Assembly (NCBI RefSeq): GCF_006345805.1 | Contig: NC_043008.1 | Location: forward strand, 30,876,001 to 30,940,000 | Length of the DNA: 64,000 bases | Source: Octopus sinensis | Taxonomy: Eukaryota | Direction of reading: 5' to 3' | In this document: positions 53,961 to 64,000 of the stretch, one piece after another | Layout of the letters: every line of letters begins with the position of its first letter | Numbering within the stretch: position 1 is the stretch's first letter | Made by a program: the position numbers and the translations under genes | The notes under the pieces: model-generated | The model's database searches: none | What the model saw: the letters and a program-made list of their open reading frames with translations, nothing else | Told to the model about the DNA's origin: nothing

Positions 53961-54989
53961 AACATAACTGCTTGAAACGACATTTATGTCTTTGTGATGT
54001 TTCATGTGGAAAATCCCACATTTTCACCGATATTTGTAATTGCCTGGTCAAATTCAGGCTGGCATTTTGAGAAGAGATTGATCTGCTAAGACATCTAAAT
54101 AAATCTCCATTTTTTTCTTTTTTTTTTTGTTTTCATTTTTATGTCTTTATCCATAGTTTTCTCTGTCTTCTTTGTCGCCATCCATTTCATCGAGATTTTT
54201 GGGTTTTTTTCTTGTCACTACGTTTTTCTCCTTCCTCTTTTATATTCTTAACTCTTTCTTTATCGTTGCCATCATCGACTCTTCTCCTTTTTCGCTCTTT
54301 TCTTCGTTTTCTTTTTATTATTATATTTCTTCTCCTTATTTTTTCCATTTTTTCTATTTGTTGATCGTGATTTTCTTCTACTTTTCTTTTTCTATATTAT
54401 CTGTGTCCTGAGAAAAGAATGGATGGCTGAATGAATGACTGAATGAATCAATGAGTTTCTGAAGAAGTTATTGATTGCGGTAGATATTAGTTAGCAAGTG
54501 AGTAAAATGTGGGAAAATGAATAAAGATATAGAAAAAAAAATATATCATTTCCTACATCCAAAATATTCAGTTATACAAAAACCACAAACTGCTATTGCT
54601 GTAATTTCTGTTCACGTTTTAGTCCACATTCAAATGATTGAATCAATCAACTGTGATAAATTCTGTATTGCAACAGTAGGTTTCGATTCGCGCTTGCTGC
54701 AGATCTCTTTCTCTCGCCTAGGGAAAGGAATTCTAAGAGGCAAATATGTCACATAATCTCAGTATTCCCTTTTACAAATTTTCGGTCTTATATAAAAAGC
54801 AAAAATTAAGAACTGAATTGGGCTCAATAAATGTATCGAGTAAAGGTTTTCTGACAGCATTACGAGCAAGAGAAACTAATTCAATTCTCGTGTTTACGAC
54901 AGTAATGGATTGTACGCTAACGCGTATCTTTTTTTTTTTTTTTTTTTCGTATTTAATCATCCTCATCTAGCTGTATCTTCAGCTTCAAA

Positions 54990-56880
54990 AAGTTGAAATA
55001 TATGGATCACTGTCTCACTTCACTCTTGTGCTGTCCTTGGATATTCTCTGTATTTTAAATCTGTCTCTTTATAGTATCAGTCCAGTAATTCTTGGTTTTC
55101 CCTTCTCTCTTTTTAACCCGTTCATTTTGCCTTGTATTAAAAGTTTCAGTAATCCCTTTTTTCTAATTAAGTGTCCAAAATATTTTCATTTTCTCTCTTC
55201 ATTGGTGACTAATATAATTTTACCTATGCAATTCATTTCTTCGTCATTGGCTTTGTGTTCTGTCCGTAATATTCTCAAAAGCCCTCTATATGCCCACATT
55301 TCAAAGGCATGTAATCTATTTGATAATACTTTTCTTAATCCATGTGTCAATCGTTTCTCGACCTTTTGGCTAAGATCAAAGTGTAATATCCATGTTTCAA
55401 TTCTATATCGTAGAGTGAACCATGCATAACATTTTCCTAGTTGTGATATTGTTTTTAATGTTAGTGTATTTGACTTTTTCTCAAATGATTTTCCACTTAT
55501 TTAAATCCTTCTTTTGGTTCTACATCCTATTTCACATTTTCTGATTGCGAATATCCAAGGTACATTAACTTTGGTATCTATCTAGTTGGCTTTCCCTCAA
55601 TTGTAATATTTACTTTCAGTGACTGTTGTTTCTTGTTGATTATAATTGGTTTTCGTTTTCTTTACATCCATTACTATTTCGTAACACATTCATGTCTCAT
55701 TTATTGCTGTTTCCAGGTTCTATAGGTCAATTCTCTTGAAAGTTAATGAGAAAGTTTCATCTGAATATTTAGGTTTATTGGTGTTCACTCCTTTTGAAAC
55801 TTCAAGCATTTTTCTTTTTGTCAGTTCTCAGTTCAGATGTTAAACAGGTTAAAGGATACGGACCCGGATTTGCAAGTGTTCATTCGTAATGTTTCATTCT
55901 GTGACTTTTCATCTTTCAGTTCTGGCCGCTGCTGTTGCTACCAGTATATTTTTGTCAATATTTGGAGTACTTCAAGGCAGAGAGCTAGCATAATCATTAG
56001 CACCCCAGCCAAAAGGGTTTGCGACATTTTGATCACCTTCACATTCTGAAGTTCGAATTCCGCAGGGGTCAACTTTTCCTTTCATCCCTTCGGGTTAGAT
56101 AAAATAAGTACCAGTCGAGCATTGGATCGATGTAATCGATTTGCTCCTTGCCGGCCTTGTGCCAAAATTTGAAATCAATATTTGAAGTTCTTTATCACAT
56201 CTCCCAAATTTTGATAGACATTCGATCATCTTGCCATGTTTTACTGTTTCAAATTCCTTGATATAGTCTATGAGGTTTTATATGAAGATCTTGATTTATC
56301 CCCAAAGCTTTTTTACATATTGTCTTTTGAAACTACATGTTCCTTCACGAGTTTCAAATACTGCTCTAAATCTGCTTTGTAGTTGACTGCTTCAGTTACC
56401 CATGTTGTAATTCTTTGTTGGGTGACTTTTTAATGGTAAAAGATTTTTTCGATTTATGGATCTAAGCCCCGTGAAGTCCTGAGGTGTTCGATTCTGTGGT
56501 AATGAATCAAAAACAGATTATTTCTCATAGGTTGATTTGCGTCCAGTCTCATGCATTAAATTATATAAGTATGTTATTAGATCTAGGTTGTAGTTTCCTA
56601 ATACTTTAAATGTCTTTGGTATTTCATCTGCTTCAGTTTCTGTGCAATCTTTTGTTGATTTCCTGCCTTTTCTACTTCTTTTAAGATTTTGTCGCCATTT
56701 ACAACTTTCAAACTTATAATAGCTGACCTCTTTCCATCATCTTATTGTATTACTATGAATTGGACTCAATTAAATGTAATATTCCAATGATTGGTTTGAA
56801 TGTTTCCATGTTTTTGTTCTTTATGCTATCATTCTATACACTTAAGCATTTGCTATTTATGATCGCATTCATTTAACGCA
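54990..56880 (-). mobile_element. RTE-clade LINE reverse transcriptase fossil, interrupted by a SINE
   Basis: Broken frames give QSRFRAVFETREG, IDYIKEFETVKHGKMIECL, SFNLFNI, KYSDET (YADD-like), RLHAFEMWAYR, KYFGHLIRK, EKGKPRI. Confidence 0.85.
55985..56180 (+). mobile_element. SINE family B nested in the RTE fossil
   Basis: TTCTGAAGTTCGAATTCCGCAGGGGTCAACTTTTCC...GGCCTTGTGCCAAAATTTGAAA. Confidence 0.8.
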
Positions 56881-56929
56881 TTATTATAGTATTTTACCTG
56901 CTTAGCATTTAGTAGAAAAGACGAATCAT

Positions 56930-57340
56930 ACTCTCTTTTACTTGTTTCAGTCATTTAACTGCGGCAGTGCTGGAGCACTGTCTTTAGACGAGCAAATCGA
57001 CCCCAGGACTTATTCTTTGTAAGCCTAGTACTTATTCTATTGCTCTCTTTTGCCGAACCGCTAAGTTACGGGGACGTAAACACATCACCATCGATTGTCA
57101 ACGATGTTGGGGAGACAAACACAGACACACAAATAAATACACACACATACATATATATATACATACGACGGGCTTCCTTCAGTTTCCGTCTATCAAATTG
57201 GTTGGCCCGAGGCTATAGTAAAAGGCACTTGACCAACGTGCCACGCAGTGGGACTGAACCCAGAACTATGTGGTTGGTAAGCAAGCTACTTACCACACAG
57301 CCACACATGCGCCTAGCTACTTACCACACAGCCACTCCTA
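56930..57340 (-). mobile_element. SINE family A with a duplicated 20-bp head segment
   Basis: Reverse complement of family A; GCTACTTACCACACAGCCAC occurs twice. Confidence 0.88.
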
Positions 57341-59251
57341 TGTCAAGAGAAATATAGTCAAGCAACTTTCATTAGAAGGATAAACGTAATAGCCAATGAA
57401 ACCGAAAATGCATGTCATACGTAACTGAATAAACTAATGAAGCACATCTGAAACTGCATATCGATTAAGTGCGGGAAAGCTAAATTTCAAATAAAGATAT
57501 ATTTTCGCGGGTCAAGCATTTCCCGAATCGAAAGTAAGTCAAAGGTCATCATGATGATATATTTTGAGCACTATTATTACTACACCATTAGTACTAGCCG
57601 TTATATACACAAGCACAATTATAACTATTATTAGATATTTTTGCTCACCTTAAAATATCTTTTTATCTTAAAGAGAGGAGTTAGAAAGTGTGCTGTATCT
57701 ATATTATGTAAGTGCATGAATATAATATATGATTCAATCGAATTTGAAAACACGCCATCAACTCGACCTGCTGAAACATTATCTCTTGTTCAACAATGTT
57801 TTGTCACTTATCATTGTCAGGAATTAAACTCAAATAATATAACTAGTTGGTACCGGACCAACAAGGTAGCGTTTATTCGTTTGCTTAATCTGCTAGAAAT
57901 AGTAACCAAATATCAACCAAGTCCTAAAACGGGGAGACACGGTGAATATTATAGCCTTAGTTTACACTGTCTGAAAATCGTAGAATTATGACGGCTTACA
58001 GCGTCTTTTCAATGATTACTCAATTGTTGATTAAACGTGGGACCGAACATAAGCAATAACAACTAGCTGAAGTGATAAGATATTGTCTTAGCAGGCATAC
58101 CATGTTTTCTTGAGGTTTTCAATACGTTCTGAAACCGGTTGGCACATGATTATATATATGTGCTTTAAGGAGATATAGTTTGATACTCTTTAATCTGACG
58201 AATATTTTATGGATTAACCAGAAGCGTGAGGCCATTGCCTACGACTCTTTTCTTGGCCTTGAAAACCGGAGAAAGGGAGGAAGCAAATTATCTGTGCCTC
58301 AGAGATCTGGTCCGAATGCTTGCAACAGAATGGAACGTACGAAAGGCACTCGCAGCCAGTTAGATTTAGTATACAAAAGAATTGTATGTTAAACAAGGCG
58401 ACAAATTAAGGCTATTCCTCAAGATCAAGATTGGTCTGACGGGCTCAAATACAATTTCACTCCACCAAATTTCACAAAGCTTTAGTTAACCTGAAACTAT
58501 GGCAGAAGGCTTCTTATCAAAGTGCCATGCAATGGAATCTAACTAGAAACCACATAGTTCAAAGTGAACGTGTTAACCACAAAAGTATGTCAGCATCTAT
58601 ATGTTCATAAGTTGTAATGTAAGTCAATGGACCACTAAAACATTTTCTAGTATCTCCCTTATCCATGTGTCATGGTGAAGGAATTGCCAATGGCTTATTT
58701 AATATGAGACTGTTTTCTGATAAAACACATTGACGATTAGTACAAAACATTAATTCTAATTCTCACGTCGTATTCGGAGAGATGTTGTTTTCTCAGTAAC
58801 GGTACCGCCGCCTTTGTTGTTTTCTCATTAAAGGTACCACAATGGTGCAACATGAACTGTGTGGAAGGAAATAGTCGATTAACTGTAACAATGTACTTAT
58901 TTTATTGGTTCTACAGCAATGAAAAGTGAAGACCAGTCCGGTGAGATTTCAAAATGTTATATAAAGAGACGTTATAAAATATTGCAGGGTATTTTCCCTG
59001 ACATTCTCTTTTTTCGGCTAGCGAACATCCTCCTTTTACAGTAACACTAACAGAGGTACTAGGTACTGTCCTTTTACTGAGACAAAATGACGCCAGGCAG
59101 TATTGTGCTGATTTTGATATACATTTCAAATTAACTAATACAAAAGAAACTTTGTCTATTTTCATTAAAGTAGGAATTATAGCAAAATTCAATTTTGCAT
59201 CAGAAACCAATCTAATAATGTAAACATTATTGATGTTACATACTTAATGCA

Positions 59252-59600
59252 TGTGTTTTGTTTAAATGCTTTCAGGTTGCGGTATTTCGTCCGGAGAAAG
59301 TCCATTTAAGAGTGTTAAAAAACACTGTATCACTCAAAGCAAGGCGAAGCCAGTCGCTCTGTAGGTGATCGAGAACAGTAAACATCGATATTTCTACTGA
59401 TCAGTACTGTATACCCGAGTCACCCCGGAAATTGCTTCAAATTCCTGGCCTAGTATATGCAACTAGCGTAACATTTATCTGCTGATGTGTAATAGTACCA
59501 CACAAGTTTTGTGGTATAGAATATTTTTTAACACTCAACGTCTTAAAGGGTTTTTTCCTGGACGAAATACCTCAACCTGAAAGCCTTTAAACACAACACA
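59252..59600. repeat. ~350 bp MITE-like element with ~75-bp inverted arms
   Basis: 59252-59322 pairs with 59524-59600 (GCTTTCAGGTTG.GGTATTTCGTCC core), with one 6-nt indel. Confidence 0.75.
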
Positions 59601-61140
59601 AATATTAAAGAATTGCTACAAAAATTTCTTGATCGCTTGTTCCATCCAACAGCTCCGAGTAACAATATACTTTGTGGGAATTTGGCTACATATGTAGAAG
59701 ATTTAGCTATCACTCAGAGTTCTCAGACATACATACAAACGTACGCATGTATGCATGCATGACGTACGTGTGTACGTATATATAACTGTTTTCCTCAGGT
59801 CAAGCTACAATGAAAAGGTCTTCAGTGTTGTATCATACATTAGCACATATCTAAGAGACTATGGTGGAATTTCGAGATAGAATTGTCTGCTGTTTTTAAG
59901 TGGTTAAACGAAAAACCATCTTCTTTGGACACCCGTTCCTTTTACTGTCGACATAGGTAACATCATATTATAATAGTGTTAATACACATTGTCAGGGCAC
60001 AAAAATGCATTTTATATTTAAAGGCATTTTTGTTCCCAATCAGAATCTACGAAGATCAAAACACTGATATCCAAAGACAGTCCAAAAAAAATAAAAGCAA
60101 CAATAAAAATATAAAGGAAAGTTAAAGGCAAATACAAAATTTTACTATGTAGAAGTAATGCGTTTGTTTTCGTAATTCAGACACTGGGTCACTTTTTTTT
60201 TGCATAGTCTATTTCAACCAAAGCCGAAGAGCGTCATTTGAGGAAATTTTGCCAGCTAGTTTTACTAAGTGTAGCATCTACATACAAGCACACAAACACA
60301 CACACACACACATATATATGAATAAATATATAAAAGTGTATGTATATATAAAAGTGTGTGTATATGTATGTTTGTGTGTGTGCGTGTGTGTGTACATTGC
60401 GTAAGTGGGCATGTGTGTGTACATTACGTAAGAGGGCGTGAATCTTTAAGTTATATGTATCATATGCAGCTACCATGGAGAGGTTTCCGTGTATTTTATT
60501 ATATGGCTTAGGTACCTGCTTTGCCCAGATATTGCACCAAAGTAACATTATGCAGCAATAAGGAGGAAGAAACTGTCACTCACTGAGTCCATATATAACG
60601 CTTTGTCTGACAACATAGATATCACATTCTCAGTCAACATAGACAAAGCGTCTCTGTACCAATCGTTTACATAACGTGGCTATAAAAATTACTGGAAGTA
60701 AGCTCATTCTAAATTTCAGCGACTTCGCTGTCAAAACATTGCTGTCAGAGATAGCAACAGTTATTCCTGCCTCTGCGATGCAAGTCGACTTTCTGAAAAA
60801 ATAGAAGATAGATAAGTAGCTGCATAATGAGTTACTGACAAAAATGTAAGATCGAAGCACCATTTTTCTCTCCCTCTCTCTCTACCTATCTATCCATTTA
60901 TCTATCTATGTCTCTCCTGATATATACGTATATATTTATGTCTGTGTGTGTATGTTTGGATGGCTATGTACAAAAAAGATATTCATATATATATATATGT
61001 GTGTGTGTGCAGGAATTGCTAGCAAGGACACTGTATCCTGTTTTGCATTAATAATATACTACAAAGGTTTACTAGTCGATATTGTGCCTTAATTTTGTGT
61101 TAATAGTGCGTTGTTTTCATTTTTAATTTTATCTCTACAG

Positions 61141-61221
61141 AAATCTGTAGAGATCAGAGCTAGCCGAGAAAGTTATGATGCTTCGTATCCAAGTACGTCT
61201 ATGGAAATAATGCAATCGAAG
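61141..61221 (+). CDS. Candidate 81-nt phase 0-0 coding exon (KSVEIRASRESYDASYPSTSMEIMQSK)
   Basis: Strong pyrimidine tract ending CTACAG at 61140; AAG|GTAGAA donor; open frame in non-repetitive sequence; protein not recognised. Confidence 0.35.
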
Positions 61222-61448
61222 GTAGAAAACTGGGTAATGGGTGTATATGAATATTTCAAGATTTATTGCTCTTTCATCAGCACCACATCCAACTCATCAA
61301 CTATCCACGAACACATTGCTTACATACTCACTACTAAGTCTAGTGGTGCATCATTATTTGATAGACCACTTAGCATATTAAACACATTTCTGGCAACTAA
61401 TACGTAAATATTGATTGCTAACTAGGACATCGTATTTCGTTTTGCTTC

Positions 61449-61757
61449 TTTTGTTTGTTCCTTCTCGAGCCATGCCTGGCTCATAAGGGCCGGTTTCCCG
61501 GTTTCCTTGGCGTATATGCTCCCCACCTGGATGGGACGCCGGTCCGTCACAGGTGAGCTGCAAGATGCAGGAGGAAGGAGTGAGAGAAAGTTGTGGCGAA
61601 GGAGTCAGCAGAGTTTAGCCATTACCTTCTGCCGGAGCCGCGGTGAGCTTAGGTGTTTCGCTCATAAACACACACATCGCCCGGTCTGAGATTCGAACCC
61701 GCGATCCCTCGACCGCGAGTCCGCTGCTCTAACCACTAGGCCATGTGCCTCCACATC
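61449..61757 (-). mobile_element. Young tRNA-derived SINE family D with 9-bp TSD
   Basis: A box TGGCCTAGTGG and B box GGTTCGAATC; TTTTGCTTC at 61440-61448 and 61758-61766. Confidence 0.88.
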
Positions 61758-61917
61758 TTTTGCTTCCATCTTATACTACCAAATATATTAAAGGTTTACA
61801 ACTCGATACAGTGCCTTACTTTTGTGTTTGCAGTTTTTACATTTTTAACTTTATATCTACAGATTTAAATACATTCCTAGCAGCGCACCAGTTAAACATG
61901 AAAACAAATATATATGT

Positions 61918-62231
61918 GTATGTATGTATGTATGTATGTATGTATGTATGTATGTATGTATGTATGTATGTATGTATGTACGTACGTACGTACATACGTA
62001 CATACATACATACATACATACATACATACATACATACATACATACATACATACATACATACTACATACATACATACATACATACATACATACATACATAC
62101 ATACATACATACATACATACATACATACATACATACATACATACATACATACATACATACATACATACATACATACATACATACATACATACATACATAC
62201 ATACATACATACATACATACATACATACATA
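61918..62231. repeat. (TATG)n-(ACGT)n-(TACA)n inverted microsatellite
   Basis: The array switches to its own reverse complement around GTACGTACGTAC (~61977-61994). Confidence 0.92.
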
Positions 62232-62770
62232 GGGAAGAAAAGCATCATAAACACAAGATGCAGTTTATACCATTTGGATATGGTAAGGCTTGTTTTTACT
62301 GTACTGTTGCAGTACTGAAAGAGTGTGCTTGGAGGACCAGAATGGAAGGTTTTGTGACAAGGTCCTTCGTCTCTGGCCCCGGTTTGCTGTCTTACTTCAG
62401 ATATCATCTGAAGAGCAAGATGGGGTTGGAGAGGAAGACCCTGCCCCGAGTGAATACCAAAAACGATGGAAGGATGTGATGAGAATGGTGGGTGTCAGTA
62501 ACCCAGCTTAATCATCGAAGAAAGGAAAAACTAGTTGCTGGACATTATAGGCTGCTGGGTTCGATTTTTGAACCTGCTATTCTGATCTCTAGTTTTATTA
62601 TAATAAAAAAGTTCTCGTTTTAAAGGCAAAAGAAAGCCAATTATTCGTTTATTTCTCATTATAATTAATTTTTTTAAAGTTTCATTCGAACTCATACGAC
62701 ATTTTTGTATTTTTTTGTCTTGTCCTTTTCTCATGATCATAATAAAGATCTCATGATCATAATAAAGATT
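62232..62770 (+). mobile_element. Third L1/Tx1-like 3' fragment (diverged subfamily)
   Basis: VAVLKECAWRTRMEGFVTRSFVSGPGLLSYFRYHLKSKMGLERK aligns with VAMAKECIWWTRLKGLETNTFLSGQSLINFFKYHLKRKVRVERQ; ends at a duplicated 20-bp TCTCATGATCATAATAAAGA. Confidence 0.8.
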
Positions 62771-63005
62771 GTATCTCTCGCCGAGTAGTTATTCTGTGCT
62801 GTTGAACGGAAATAACCCAGAAACCATTGGTACACAGATATTGCTTTGAGCTGAGTTGGGACGCTGAACTCCTGTGTTTGAAAATATAATGAGGCAGATA
62901 GTGTGTCGTATAGCTAGCAGGAGACAATGTTTCCTGCGGCTAAATAACAGTAATAATCGTCCTAACCAGGACTGCCACATTATGTTCGCAAATACTCTTT
63001 ACTCC

Positions 63006-63036
<31 letters not shown>

Positions 63037-63861
63037 TATCTTCGTCTATTTTTCTTTTTGTGCGAATTCTCCCTACATATATATATATATACCAAAATTC
63101 TTTTATTACATTAAATCATTTCTCAAAAGAATTATGTCGTTACTCTTTTTGTTGTGTATCCGGATGTCTGATGCAATGTGTTTACTTAAGTCATGCTCGT
63201 TGTCATCTGAATATATGTGTATATATACATGCTTACACCAATGAATTGCGCAATCCCATGTTATGGTGAATTGCACTTGCTGAAGATTTTCCGAAGTTTT
63301 ATCAAAGACTGAATCACTTGGTTGCGAGACAAATTCGTTCAACACGCATCCATGCCAGTGGGAACTTCGGAACGAGAACCGGGTGATGTACTTGTAACAA
63401 CCCAAAGTTGCAGAACCTCGATGTGATCGCTACACTTGCAAGAAATACAATCTAAATCTCTATCAAATCACACCGCTGTAGCTATGAAAAGAGGACACAT
63501 CAGATAATGGAGTGCTTGATATATGTGCGTAAAAGAGCGACAGAATATCTTTGATCATAAGTTTGCTCAACCAAAGCTAAGCAGAATTAAACAGAAACAA
63601 CAGCAATCGATGGCTTCAGTGATTCTACTGTTATCACACCACATGACTAATAATAGTAAATATTGACAGTAATAATAAACAGAGTTTCATTAAAGATTAG
63701 CTGAGATATTTGATGTTTATGTACAGCAGTCCATTACAAGAGGTGACTGATTGGTCGGAACCATTCATTGCAACTCTTTCGGGACGATCCTAATGGATTT
63801 GAACTTCCCACTTGCTAAATCGTATCTTCTCTTGGACAGAGAGGTCCAGTAGCAATAACTG

Positions 63862-63898
<37 letters not shown>

Positions 63899-64000
63899 TG
63901 AGAGAGAAAGAAAGAAAACATGAAAACATCGTCTTCCAAAACTAATCTCTTATTTATCAATAATTCTATACACGTTGGATATTTTCACTGGTCTACTGAA

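Noticed and set aside
55820-55985. Plus-strand exon-like segments with good acceptors and a transmembrane-like peptide (LAAAVATSIFLSIFGVLQG)
   Set aside because: They lie within the minus-strand RTE RT fossil; antisense artefact.

Overview
AT-rich, microsatellite-dense eukaryotic DNA, probably intronic or intergenic. The SINE families and repeat landscape look like Octopus or another coleoid cephalopod (inference from recognition, not a database search). No complete host gene is recognisable and most listed ORFs are translated microsatellites or antisense frames of transposons; two plus-strand exon candidates are reported at low confidence. The window is layered with mobile DNA: a Gypsy integrase remnant, several mariner/Tc1 fossils, a ~3.5 kb Helitron RepHel fossil with nested SINE and mariner insertions, LINE fossils (RTE, CR1-like, Jockey/I-like, restriction-like-endonuclease type), three L1/Tx1-like 3' fragments abutting microsatellites, and four tRNA-SINE-like families. 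The most interesting signal is a set of small non-coding cassettes in or beside (TA)n tracts that carry minimal type I hammerhead ribozyme folds with self-complementary stem III (23198-23235, 33225-33298, and a head-to-head pair at 40453-40544). Two cassettes (33121-33745 with a hammerhead fold, 1523-2030 without a convincing one) hold an inverted copy of their own end-to-start junction, as expected from a circular or tandem template (Penelope pLTR/retrozyme-like). Six long fold-back structures of different ages are also present.
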